From positions 1,248,001-1,312,000 of the forward strand of contig CBDCNQ010000005.1 in the NCBI GenBank assembly GCA_965219445.1: a stretch of DNA of 64,000 nucleotides, given 5' to 3'. The DNA is from Longimicrobiales bacterium. Its GTDB lineage: Bacteria > Gemmatimonadota > Gemmatimonadetes > Longimicrobiales > Gaopeijiaceae. The position numbers were made by a program, and so were the translations under genes. Positions 28,891 through 38,246 of the stretch are shown piece by piece; position 1 is the first letter of the stretch; each line of letters begins with the position of its first letter. The notes beneath the pieces were generated by a model. That model worked only from the letters and a program-made list of their open reading frames with translations, did no database searches and was not told the origin of the DNA.

Positions 28891-31236
28891 ATGAAAAACG
28901 CAAGTTTCCTATCGTCGTGGTCGTTGTTGGCGTCGACCCTGGCCCTGGCTCTATCAAATCCGGTTTCGACGGCCGCCCAATCGGGCTCGTCCGCGCTTTC
29001 CTCAGATGCCAATCTGAACCCGCCAGGGCCGGTGTCGCCGGCCTCGGTCGCGCGTACGGATCTGGGGCGGGCCACGGTTCGTGCGATCAGGCTCACCGAG
29101 CCGCTGAACCTGGACGGCGTTTTGGACGAAGCGGTTTATGAGGCGAACCTGCCGGCCGACGGTTTCATGCAAACCATTCCCCAAGAGGGGCAGCCCGTGT
29201 CCGAAAGGACCGAGGCCTGGGTCATGTACGACGACGAGAACATTTACCTGGTTTGCCGCTGCTGGGACTCCGCAGGGCCCGAAGGGTGGATCGCCAATGA
29301 GATGCGCCGTGATACGAATGGGTTGCGGGAGAATGACTTTTTCGGTGCCCTCTTCGACACGTTCCACGATGGCCGCAATGGCTTCAACTTCTATGCGAAC
29401 ATGCTTGGGGCGCGCAACGACCAGTGGGTCACAGATGAGGGCAGTCCAAACCAGGACTGGAACCCCGTCTGGTCCGTCCGGACGGGCCAGTTCGACGGTG
29501 GCTGGGCGGTGGAAATGGCCATTCCCTTCAAGTCGCTCCGGTATCTGTCCGGAGACGATCAGACTTGGGGGATCCAGATGCGGCGTTCTATTCGGCGTAA
29601 GAACGAGTACGCGCATCTTGCGTTCGTTCCGGCTTCGGCCGGCGGCAGGCAGAGTATCAATCGGGTGTCGGCCGCAGCGGATCTGGTTGGCCTTGATCTG
29701 CCTCCGGCGGGAAAAAACATCGAGCTCAAGCCGTATGCGACCTCGAGTCTGACGAGCGACTACACACAGACACCGGCCATATCGAATGATGCCGCCGGCG
29801 ACTTGGGTGGCGATCTCAAGTTGGGCATTACAGCCAACATCACTGCGGACCTGACGTACAACACCGACTTCGCACAGGTGGAGGTGGACGAGCGTCAGGT
29901 GAACCTGACCCGTTTCAGCCTCTTGTTTCCCGAGAAGAGAGAGTTCTTTCTGGAGGGCCGAGGGACCTTCGACTTTGGCAGGGCAAGGGGCGGCGGAGGC
30001 CGTGGCGGATTTGGAGGCCGAGGCGGTGGCGGTGGCGGAGGCAGAGGCGGCGGTGCAGCGCCTACCGTCTTTTATTCAAGACGGATTGGACTGAGCGACG
30101 CTGAGGCGGTTCCGATCCTCGGTGGCGGTCGGGTGACCGGCAAAGCGGGTCGGTTCGGTTTCGGGCTCATGAACGTCCAGACCGACCGGGTCACGGGCGT
30201 TACGCCTGAGACCAATTTCAGCGTCGTGCGGGTCAAACGTGACGTTCTACGACGTAGCAGTATCGGCGCGCTCTTCACGAATCGGTCGAGGTCGGTGGAC
30301 GTCGATGGCGCCAACCAGGTGTACGGCGTCGACGGTAACTTCGCTTTCGGCCAGAGCGTCAACTTCGGAGGGTTCTACTCTCAGTCGCGGACGCCCGGAT
30401 TGAACAGCGAGAACGAGAGCTATGTGGGCCGGGCCAACTACGGGGGAGACCGGTATGGGCTGGGCGGCGAATACCTCGTTGTCGGGGAAAACTTCAATCC
30501 CGAGATCGGTCTGGTCCGCCGCGACAATTTCCGTCGCTATTCCACTACGGCGCGGTTCAGCCCACGCCCCCGGGGAATCGAGTCGATACGCCAATTCAGA
30601 TTCACCGGTGGCTATGAGCGCATCGAAAGCCTAGACCTCGCGGTGCTCGAGACCGAAGTCTGGACCGGTGGCTTCAACATCGAGTTCGAGAACAGTGACC
30701 AGGTCGGTGTGCGGGGCGCCATCAACTTCGAACGACTCGATGAGCCTCTAAGGGTTTCCAGTGCTGTCTCGGTTCCAGTCGGCGACTACAATTTCAACAG
30801 CGTCACCCTCCAGTACAATTTCGGTGGCCAGCGTCGGGTTTCGGGGTTTACGTTCCTCGAGATAGGCGAGTTCTACGACGGCACGATCACGTCCGTACGG
30901 TACCACCGAGGGCGAATCGCAGTGCTCGATCAGTTCTCACTGGAGCCCAGCGTTTCGTTCAACGATGTGAAGCTCCCGGCTGGTGATTTCACGACCACCC
31001 TGGTGGGCCTCCGAGCCGACTACGCATTCACGCCCTTGATGTTCGCGGGAGGGCTGATCCAGTACGACTCCGACAGCGACTCGTTCAGCAGCAATTTACG
31101 GTTCCGGTGGGAATATGCCCCGGGCAGCGAGTTTTTTGCGGTCTACACCGATGAGCGGACCACCCGAGGAAGGGGCTTCCCCGGGCTCGAGAACCGGGCC
31201 TTCGTTCTAAAGATCAACAGACTCTTTCGGTTCTAG
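28891..31236 (+). CDS. DUF5916/CBM9-like outer-membrane protein
   Basis: Signal peptide, LDGVLDE, EMAIPFKSLRY, NTDFAQVEVD, FPEKREFFLEG, C-terminal Phe. Confidence 0.85.
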   Translation: MKNASFLSSWSLLASTLALALSNPVSTAAQSGSSALSSDANLNPPGPVSPASVARTDLGRATVRAIRLTEPLNLDGVLDEAVYEANLPADGFMQTIPQEGQPVSERTEAWVMYDDENIYLVCRCWDSAGPEGWIANEMRRDTNGLRENDFFGALFDTFHDGRNGFNFYANMLGARNDQWVTDEGSPNQDWNPVWSVRTGQFDGGWAVEMAIPFKSLRYLSGDDQTWGIQMRRSIRRKNEYAHLAFVPASAGGRQSINRVSAAADLVGLDLPPAGKNIELKPYATSSLTSDYTQTPAISNDAAGDLGGDLKLGITANITADLTYNTDFAQVEVDERQVNLTRFSLLFPEKREFFLEGRGTFDFGRARGGGGRGGFGGRGGGGGGGRGGGAAPTVFYSRRIGLSDAEAVPILGGGRVTGKAGRFGFGLMNVQTDRVTGVTPETNFSVVRVKRDVLRRSSIGALFTNRSRSVDVDGANQVYGVDGNFAFGQSVNFGGFYSQSRTPGLNSENESYVGRANYGGDRYGLGGEYLVVGENFNPEIGLVRRDNFRRYSTTARFSPRPRGIESIRQFRFTGGYERIESLDLAVLETEVWTGGFNIEFENSDQVGVRGAINFERLDEPLRVSSAVSVPVGDYNFNSVTLQYNFGGQRRVSGFTFLEIGEFYDGTITSVRYHRGRIAVLDQFSLEPSVSFNDVKLPAGDFTTTLVGLRADYAFTPLMFAGGLIQYDSDSDSFSSNLRFRWEYAPGSEFFAVYTDERTTRGRGFPGLENRAFVLKINRLFRF

Positions 31237-31325
31237 GAGGGCCCCTGTTCTTCTTTCAACAGGCCTCCAGTCGAGAGGCCTGAGAGACTTGCCCCCTGCC
31301 CAAGGGAGTCCGTATCCTCGGTAGC

Positions 31326-31469
31326 GTGCACCATTACCATTTTGCGGTATTCGCTCTCGATGAGGAGCTCGACCTGCCGCCGGGCCTCGACCGAAGCGAA
31401 CTGCTGGAGGCGATCGAGGGGCATGTGATCGGCCAGGGGGATATGGTCACGCTGTATGAGCGGCAACCT
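31326..31469 (+). pseudogene. 3' remnant of a YbhB/YbcL (PEBP, Raf-kinase-inhibitor-like) gene
   Basis: My translation: VHHYHFAVFALDEELDLPPGLDRSELLEAIEGHVIGQGDMVTLYER. In-frame stop shortly upstream; not in the ORF track. Confidence 0.75.
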
Positions 31470-31497
31470 ATGAACTGGCTTCCAACAGGGAGAAGTC

Positions 31498-32217
31498 ATG
31501 ACTGACTCGAACGGCCCGCGTCCTACCATTTCGCGCAGAGATCTGCTCCGGACCGCCGGGGCCGCCGGAGCGGCGGCGCTGGTTCCCGATGCTGTGGGCG
31601 CTGCAACGGAAGAGACGCCTGCGACCGCATCACCCGCAGCGACCGGGGAGCAGGTAGGCGGTCTGTTACCTGACACCACGCCGTTGTTCGCCGGCCCAAT
31701 GACGAATCTGACGGCGAGTGAGACCGAGATTCTGAGCGCGATGGTCGATCGGCTGATCCCCACCGACGAGTTGGGCCCCGGCGCTCTCGACGCCGGCGTT
31801 CTCCAGTTCATCGATCGCGCCCTGAGCGAAGCGGCGTCCGATGCCGCCGAGGCCTATCGGTCCGGCCTGGCGGCCCTCGACGCCTACAGCCGATACACGC
31901 GGGGCGGCCCGTTCATCGACCTCTCTACAATCGATCAGGACTCGGTGCTCATCGACGTCCAGACCGGAGCGGCGACCGGTGCGGGCGCCGGTTTCGTGGG
32001 CAGTTCCGGATCGTTCTTCAATCTGGTGAAGAGCCACACCTGGCAGGGGATGTTCGGCGACCCCAAGTACGGAGGCAACGTGAACTTTGCCGGGTGGGAC
32101 CTCATCAACTATCCGGGTGTGCGCCTTGGGGTGAGCCCGGAGGAGCAGAGGCGCCTCGAAGCCGACGAGCTGGACCCGGTGCGGCAGTCCGCGTACGACT
32201 ACAACCTGTTCGAATGA
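31498..32217 (+). CDS. Tat-exported gluconate 2-dehydrogenase subunit 3 family protein
   Basis: SRRDLL Tat motif, DRLIPTDELGPGA, GMFGDPKYGGN..GWDLINYPG. Confidence 0.88.
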   Translation: MTDSNGPRPTISRRDLLRTAGAAGAAALVPDAVGAATEETPATASPAATGEQVGGLLPDTTPLFAGPMTNLTASETEILSAMVDRLIPTDELGPGALDAGVLQFIDRALSEAASDAAEAYRSGLAALDAYSRYTRGGPFIDLSTIDQDSVLIDVQTGAATGAGAGFVGSSGSFFNLVKSHTWQGMFGDPKYGGNVNFAGWDLINYPGVRLGVSPEEQRRLEADELDPVRQSAYDYNLFE

Positions 32218-32265
32218 CGCCCGGAATGTCGTTCGACCAGCCTTCCAGGGGAGGAATCTGAGGTC

Positions 32266-33972
32266 ATGCCGACGCAGCTTCTTGAGACCGATGTCGTCAT
32301 CGTGGGAATGGGTGCCGCGGGTGGGGTTGCCGCCTACCCGTTGGCGGAGGCCGGGCTGAACGTAGTGGGGCTCGAGGCCGGGACCTGGCTCGACCAGCGC
32401 GACTTCGCCCCCGACGAGATCCGGAACAACTACCGCGATTGGCCCATGCTGGTGAACAAAGCCGAGCTGGAGCGGCCCACCTCCCGGGCTACATCGGCTG
32501 ACACGGCCACCCGTGTCGGCAGCCACCCCATGATGAATGCTGTGGGAGGGACCACTCTCCATTACTGGGCCCAGAGTTGGCGGCTCAATCCATGGGACTT
32601 CAGTATGGTGACCGAGACGGCGAGGCGCTATGGAGCGTCCAGAATTCCTACCGGCTCCACCGTCGAGGACTGGCCGTTCGGATACGACGAGCTGGAGCCT
32701 TACTACGATCGGGTAGAGCGCGAGGTGGGTATTTCCGGACAGGCCGGGAACGTTCGAGGAGACATCGACTCACGCGGGAATCGATTCGAGGGACCTCGAC
32801 AGCGTGAGTTCCCCATGCCGCCGCTGCGATGGACGGCCTTCCATGATCGCATGGCCGACGCCGCGCGTTCGTTGGGGTGGAATCCGTTCCCCGGACCGGC
32901 CGCCGTCAACAGCCAAGCGTACGACGATCGCGCGGGATGTGGCTATCACGGGTTCTGCAACAAGGGTGGCTGTCCGATCAACGCGAAGAACGCCACGCAT
33001 ATCACGACCATTCCGAAGGCTGTCGACACGGGCAACCTCGAGGTGGTCACCCGTGCGCACGTCACGACGCTCGAGGTGGGCTCGGACGGACGCGTGACCG
33101 GCGTCAACTACGTGGTGGGAAGCAATGAGTATTTCCAGCCGGCGAGGGTCGTCTTGATCGCGTCCTACACCTACGAAAACGTCCGTCTGTTGCTCTTGTC
33201 GAAATCCCGCGCCTATCCCGACGGGCTGGCGAACAACCATGGACAGGTGGGCCGGCACTACTTCAGTCATAACACGCGCGCGGGTGTGGGAGCGCTCTTT
33301 CCGTACGACCTCAAGGCGTGGTACGGCCTGCCGGCGCAGGGCGTCGCGGTGGATGACTGGGCCGACGACAACTTCGACCACTCCGATCACGATTTCATCG
33401 GGGGAGGAAACCTCTGGGTCATGTCGGACCGCCGGCCGATTTCGGCGGCGAACATGAACACGTACGGCCGAAGCCGTAATTGGGGATCCGCCTGGAAGCG
33501 GTTTATCCACGAACACTCCGATCGAACCCACGGCTCCTACATCCAGAAGACGACCCTCCCCTACGAAGACAACTACCTGGATCTGGATCCCCAGGTGACG
33601 GATCCTTTGGGTTTCCCGGTCATCCGCATTACGGGACAGTTCAAAGAAAACGAGATGGAGATCGCCGCGTTCATGCAGGATCGCATGGAGGAGTGGTATC
33701 GGGAGGCCGGGGCCGTCGAGGTCAACCGGAGTGGATTCGGCAGCACCATGGGCGCTTCCACCCACGCTTACGGGGGCACGCGCATGGGCGACGACCCGGA
33801 GACCAACGTGGTCGATCGTTGGGGATTTTCGCACGAAGTGCCGAACCTGGGAGTCCTGGGTGCCTCGGTGATGGGAACGAGCGGGGCGCGTAATCCTACC
33901 CTGACGAGTCAGGCACTCTCATGGCGTACGGCGGCGCATCTCGTCGAGAGTTGGAGGGATATCGCCGAGTGA
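32266..33972 (+). CDS. GMC-family flavoprotein (gluconate 2-dehydrogenase alpha-like)
   Basis: GMGAAGG FAD motif, VGGTTLHY, DWPFGYDELEPYY, CGYHGFC..GC, THAYGGTRMG, NPT. Confidence 0.9.
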   Translation: MPTQLLETDVVIVGMGAAGGVAAYPLAEAGLNVVGLEAGTWLDQRDFAPDEIRNNYRDWPMLVNKAELERPTSRATSADTATRVGSHPMMNAVGGTTLHYWAQSWRLNPWDFSMVTETARRYGASRIPTGSTVEDWPFGYDELEPYYDRVEREVGISGQAGNVRGDIDSRGNRFEGPRQREFPMPPLRWTAFHDRMADAARSLGWNPFPGPAAVNSQAYDDRAGCGYHGFCNKGGCPINAKNATHITTIPKAVDTGNLEVVTRAHVTTLEVGSDGRVTGVNYVVGSNEYFQPARVVLIASYTYENVRLLLLSKSRAYPDGLANNHGQVGRHYFSHNTRAGVGALFPYDLKAWYGLPAQGVAVDDWADDNFDHSDHDFIGGGNLWVMSDRRPISAANMNTYGRSRNWGSAWKRFIHEHSDRTHGSYIQKTTLPYEDNYLDLDPQVTDPLGFPVIRITGQFKENEMEIAAFMQDRMEEWYREAGAVEVNRSGFGSTMGASTHAYGGTRMGDDPETNVVDRWGFSHEVPNLGVLGASVMGTSGARNPTLTSQALSWRTAAHLVESWRDIAE

Positions 33973-33984
33973 AGCACCCTCCCG

Positions 33985-34042
33985 GCGACCTGAGAATCAG
34001 TTCCTAGCAGCGATCCTCTGCTCTTCGTCCGTCTTCCGCTCC
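33985..34042. repeat. 58-bp exact direct repeat, copy 1 (3' end of monooxygenase 1)
   Basis: Identical to 39338-39395. Confidence 0.9.
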
Positions 34043-35391
34043 TCCATGAGCCTGTCGTAACCCTCTTCATCGAGGTGGGTGACGGCGATCCAGGCGTGGG
34101 ACATCTCGTCCGCGGTTCGGCTGCCCCCATCCACCCACTGATCCGGGTCCGGGTTGTTGGGGTTGCCCTCCGTGTTGTCGTACCACTGCTTGATTACGAG
34201 GACCGCACCGGTCGGCACCAGGGGCGCCGAGTCATCCCCATAAATGTGGCTCTGGTGCCATGTGGCGCTCCAGTTGGAGATCATGCTGATGATCTCCGTC
34301 TGTCCGGTCTCCGGATAGAAGATCTCCAAAGACGCAGACCGCAACCGCAAATGCCCGTGGGGCTGGAAGCTGTCGATGCGGACCGGATGGTCGAAGCTGT
34401 GAAAGCCCTGCGTCATGGCCGTCCCGTGGGGGGGCATGACGAGCTCACCTTCACGGATCCTATAGCTCTTCAGGTCCTGCTTGTACTCGTACTCGTAGTC
34501 CGCCGGGTGGAGCCAGATGCCCAGATCGACCACGTTGCCCTCGACCACGTCGTTCGCGGCAGTCGCTCCGAGCCCGCCGGGATACAGGTGGATGCTCCAG
34601 CGGATATACGCATCCACGGGGATCACTCGGCAAACGCCGTCGGGAATGATCTCACCCAGCTTGCCCATAGCGTACTCGGTTGCCCGGTCCCCCGACCCCT
34701 CGAAGCTGCCGTCTTCCTGCAGGAGTTGGAAGGTGGAGTTGGCGTGGTGGACCACCGTCTTGGCGACCCCACGAGGCTTCACCTGAAGGGCCTTGATGCA
34801 GCGCTCCTCGCTATCGGGCAGGCCTTCGATCTTGACGATTGGACTGTGCCACATGTCGAGCCCTGCGGCCGGCACGTCGATGGGGGTCGAGGGGGCGAGC
34901 AGGTCCGGCGGACCGAACAAGGCCGACAGCGACCAGTCGTCGGTGTCGAGCAAGTCCAACTCCGGAATCTCTTCCGCATTGCCCAGAGGCGCGCCCTGGT
35001 CGACCCAGGCAACGATCGTATTGATGTCCTCTTGGGAAAGACGCCAGTCCTCCTTGAGGTCCTGGATGCCGACATCGTTGTCGTAGTAGTACGGCGGCAT
35101 CAGGCGGTTGGCTACCTTGTTCTTGATGAGAGGCGCATACATCTGGACGTCGTCATAGGTCACGAGCTCCATGGGCCCGATTCCGCCCGCGCGGTGGCAG
35201 ACCGTGCAGTTCTCCTGGATGATGGAGGCCACGTCGGCGGAGTAGGTCACGTCCACGTCGTTTGTAGACGCGAAGGTGGCCTGGGCCTGGGCTGAACTAT
35301 GGAAGGTGAAGGTCGCGACGAGTGCGAAAGTGGCGGCTCCGATCCAAGGCGACCACAAACGCGAATGCGGGCTCCGATTCTCCAATTCCAT
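33997..35391 (-). CDS. Exported cytochrome c-fused copper type II (PHM/DBH-like) monooxygenase, copy 1
   Basis: Signal peptide AQA, CTVCH + LMPP, VVHHA, WSIHLYP, PHGHLR, DEMSH. Confidence 0.8.
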   Translation of the reverse strand: MELENRSPHSRLWSPWIGAATFALVATFTFHSSAQAQATFASTNDVDVTYSADVASIIQENCTVCHRAGGIGPMELVTYDDVQMYAPLIKNKVANRLMPPYYYDNDVGIQDLKEDWRLSQEDINTIVAWVDQGAPLGNAEEIPELDLLDTDDWSLSALFGPPDLLAPSTPIDVPAAGLDMWHSPIVKIEGLPDSEERCIKALQVKPRGVAKTVVHHANSTFQLLQEDGSFEGSGDRATEYAMGKLGEIIPDGVCRVIPVDAYIRWSIHLYPGGLGATAANDVVEGNVVDLGIWLHPADYEYEYKQDLKSYRIREGELVMPPHGTAMTQGFHSFDHPVRIDSFQPHGHLRLRSASLEIFYPETGQTEIISMISNWSATWHQSHIYGDDSAPLVPTGAVLVIKQWYDNTEGNPNNPDPDQWVDGGSRTADEMSHAWIAVTHLDEEGYDRLMEERKTDEEQRIAARN

Positions 35392-35475
35392 GTTTCTCTC
35401 CCTCATGCTCGGGTGGACCACATCTGCAGCTCAAAAGCTGCCCGGGCTCCCTCCTTTGGGGAATGACTCCCCCCC

Positions 35476-35505
35476 AATCTACGTGTCGATCCGAAGGGAA
35501 AACAA
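35476..35505 (-). promoter_or_regulatory. Conserved promoter-like motif upstream of monooxygenase 1
   Basis: Minus strand TTGTTT-N18-TAGATT, conserved with 38193-38221. Confidence 0.5.
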
Positions 35506-35569
35506 TAGGCGGCGGATACGAACCTGCAGGATAAAACTCCTTCTCGAATACTCGTATCGAAGGTGTTTC

Positions 35570-36565
35570 TTACGGTGTTACGTTCACCCTGACGTAACCG
35601 TTGGTCCAGCAACAATTGTCATTATCGCTGCTGTCCGGCGCAGTGAAGTTGTCCACCCGGGCTCGCATGATGTACTCACCCGGCACGGAGAACGTAACAA
35701 TCACGCTGGCGGTGCCCTGCCCCTCCGAAAGTTGGATAATCTGGGGTCCGGAGGCTGCACGGTCTCGTCGAGCAGCGGCGCCAACACCACCACCACCAGC
35801 GGCGGCAGCAGCAGAGGCCGGCTCCTCCTCCTGCTCCTCCTCAGGGTTGGACTCGTGCCGCGTGTACTCCACCCGTCCGGGACCCTGGAGCTGGGACCAT
35901 ATCACGCGAAGGGGAATGTCCAGAGAACGGGCATCGTCCGGATCCCTCTCCGAGGGGTCCGTCGCGTTGACCGAGAGGGTGAGGGGAGATCCTACCGACA
36001 CGGTCTGCGTACGTTCTGCCATGATGCCCGGAGGTCCCCGGCCCACGCCGGACTGCGAGTCGAAGGAAACGCTGGGAGGTAGACCGCCGTGAGGCCGGGG
36101 CACCCAGTCCAATTCGTAGGCGATGGCACCGGTCCGGCCGGGTACCCTCGTGACGTCGCCGTTCGCTTTGGTAAGGGTCCACCAGACGTCCTGGTCCTTC
36201 ATCTCCGCCGGCAGAGTCACCGTGAAGATCCCGCGGTGGTGTCCGGGGAAAAAGATCGTGGACTGCACCCCGTCGAACTGAGCCGGATCGAGGAAATTAT
36301 CCTCTCCCACAGGGATGTACAGCGTGTCCAGGTTGGCATTGCTGTATCCGAAGGAGATGGTGTACGTCCCGTCTTCATTCTCGTACCAGCCTTCCATGAA
36401 GGGGGCGAGGACGTGATTTCCGGGAGAGTTGGGCTGCAGGGGCCAACGGCCATCCGGCCCCGGACCCGTCACCTGGGCCTGGAGTACCGCTGGACCGGCC
36501 ACAGCACCCCAGAGAAGCAGCGCGACGGCCACTCCACCCACGGTCATACGAAACTGGTGCATCAT
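35570..36565 (-). CDS. Secreted CCWTN-motif protein, copy 1
   Basis: Signal peptide, PFMEGWYENEDGTYTISFGY, QGPG, FSVPGEY, C-terminal CCWTNGYVRVNV. AAGGAG RBS. Confidence 0.8.
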   Translation of the reverse strand: MMHQFRMTVGGVAVALLLWGAVAGPAVLQAQVTGPGPDGRWPLQPNSPGNHVLAPFMEGWYENEDGTYTISFGYSNANLDTLYIPVGEDNFLDPAQFDGVQSTIFFPGHHRGIFTVTLPAEMKDQDVWWTLTKANGDVTRVPGRTGAIAYELDWVPRPHGGLPPSVSFDSQSGVGRGPPGIMAERTQTVSVGSPLTLSVNATDPSERDPDDARSLDIPLRVIWSQLQGPGRVEYTRHESNPEEEQEEEPASAAAAAGGGGVGAAARRDRAASGPQIIQLSEGQGTASVIVTFSVPGEYIMRARVDNFTAPDSSDNDNCCWTNGYVRVNVTP

Positions 36566-36598
36566 GGACTCCTTCCTGAATGCTCGAGCGTCGCATCG

Positions 36599-36699
36599 AA
36601 GGCGGGACTGAAAGAAGCGATGGGGACCGAAGGAGCCGCGGGTGCTGCGAAGCGTCCTTCGATCCCCATCAGTAAAGATCCAGCATGTAAAGCGACCTG
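36599..36699. repeat. Conserved intergenic element with long hairpin, copy 1
   Basis: Near-identical to 39243-39345. Stem GATGGGGACCGAAGGA...TCCTTCGATCCCCATC. Confidence 0.85.
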
Positions 36700-36704
36700 C
36701 GCGA

Positions 36705-38105
36705 TCAATCCCTAGAGGCAGTCCTTTCCGCTTCCTCCTTCATCTTCCTTTCCTCGAGGAGCTTTTCGTAGCCTTCCTCATCGAGGTGGGTCACGCCGAG
36801 CCAAAAGTGCGACATCTCGTCAGCCGTCCGGCTTCCATAGTCGACCCACTGATCCGGATCCGGGTTGTTGGGGTTGCCGTCCGTGTTGTCGAACCACTGC
36901 TTCATTATGAGTACCGCGCCGGCCGGGACCAGGGGCGCCACGTCATCCTCGTAAATGTGACTCTGGTGCCAAACGGCGCTCCAGTTGGATACCATGCTGA
37001 TGATCTCCGTCTGTCCTGTCTCCGGATAGAAGACTTCCAGGGACGCGGACCGCAAGCGTAAATGCCCGTGCGGCTGGAAGCTGTCGATACGGACCGGATG
37101 GTCGAAGCTGTGAAGGCCCTGGGTCATGGCCGACCCGTTCGGCGGGATCATGAGGTCGCGCTTACCCTCCATGAAGTCATAGCTGACCAGGTCCTGCTTG
37201 TACTCGTACTCGTAGTCGGCTGGATGGAGCCAGATGCCCAAATCGACCACGTTGCCCTCGATCACGTCGTTCACGGCAGTCTTTCCGAGTCCGCCGGGAT
37301 ACATGTGGATGTCCCAGCGGATATAGGTATCTGCTGGCAGTACTCGGCACACACCGTCGGGAATGATCTCACCCAGCTTGCCCATGGCGTACTCGGTTGC
37401 CCGGTCCCCCGTCCCCTGGAAGCTTCCGTCTTCCTGCAGGCGCTGGAAGGTCGAGTTGGCGTGGTGGACCACCGTCTTGGCGACCCCACGAGGCTTCACC
37501 TGAAGGGCCTTGATGCAGCGCTCGCCATCAGGCAGGCCTTGCATCTCCACCATTGGACGGTGCCACAGGTCGAGGCCGGCCGCCGGCACGTCGATCGGTG
37601 TCGAGGGGGCGAGAATGTCCGGCGGACCGAAGTCGGCCGACAGCGTCCATTCGTCTGTGGGGAGCAAGTCGGCCGGCGGTGGCATATCGTCCGGATTGCC
37701 CAGAGGCGCTCCCTGGTCTACCCAGGCAACGATGGTGTTGATGTCCTCTTGGGAGAGACGCCAATCGTGCTTGAGCTCTTGGATGCCGATATCGTTGTCG
37801 TAGTAATACGGCGGCATCAGGCGGTTCTCTACTTTGATCTTGATGAGGGGCGCATACATCTGGACGTCTTCATAGGTCAGGAGCTCCATGGGCCCGATTC
37901 CACCGGCTCGGTGGCAGACCTGGCAGTTGTTCTGGATGATCAACGCCACGTCGGCGGCGTAGGTGACGGCCACGTCATTCGACGCGAAGGTGGCCTGGGC
38001 CTGTGCCGTGCTCTGGAAAGCAAAGGTCGCGACGATGGCGAACGTGGCGGCGCTGGTCCAGGGCGTCCACAAGCGCGCACGTTGGCTGCGATTCTGCAGG
38101 TCCAT
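36705..38105 (-). CDS. Exported cytochrome c-fused copper type II monooxygenase, copy 2
   Basis: CQVCH, VVHHA, WDIHMYP, PHGHLR, DEMSH; close paralog of copy 1. Confidence 0.8.
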   Translation of the reverse strand: MDLQNRSQRARLWTPWTSAATFAIVATFAFQSTAQAQATFASNDVAVTYAADVALIIQNNCQVCHRAGGIGPMELLTYEDVQMYAPLIKIKVENRLMPPYYYDNDIGIQELKHDWRLSQEDINTIVAWVDQGAPLGNPDDMPPPADLLPTDEWTLSADFGPPDILAPSTPIDVPAAGLDLWHRPMVEMQGLPDGERCIKALQVKPRGVAKTVVHHANSTFQRLQEDGSFQGTGDRATEYAMGKLGEIIPDGVCRVLPADTYIRWDIHMYPGGLGKTAVNDVIEGNVVDLGIWLHPADYEYEYKQDLVSYDFMEGKRDLMIPPNGSAMTQGLHSFDHPVRIDSFQPHGHLRLRSASLEVFYPETGQTEIISMVSNWSAVWHQSHIYEDDVAPLVPAGAVLIMKQWFDNTDGNPNNPDPDQWVDYGSRTADEMSHFWLGVTHLDEEGYEKLLEERKMKEEAERTASRD

Positions 38106-38192
38106 GATGGTCCTCTCCCTCAAGCGAGTGAACTACGCATACTACGTCTCAAGCGACCCAGGTTCCTTCCCCCGGGGATTTACAGCTCTCCG

Positions 38193-38221
38193 AATCTACG
38201 TCCCGATCCGAAGGGATACAA
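38193..38221 (-). promoter_or_regulatory. Conserved promoter-like motif upstream of monooxygenase 2
   Basis: Minus strand TTGTAT-N17-TAGATT. Confidence 0.55.
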
Positions 38222-38246
38222 TACAGCACGACCACCGGGCTTGATC

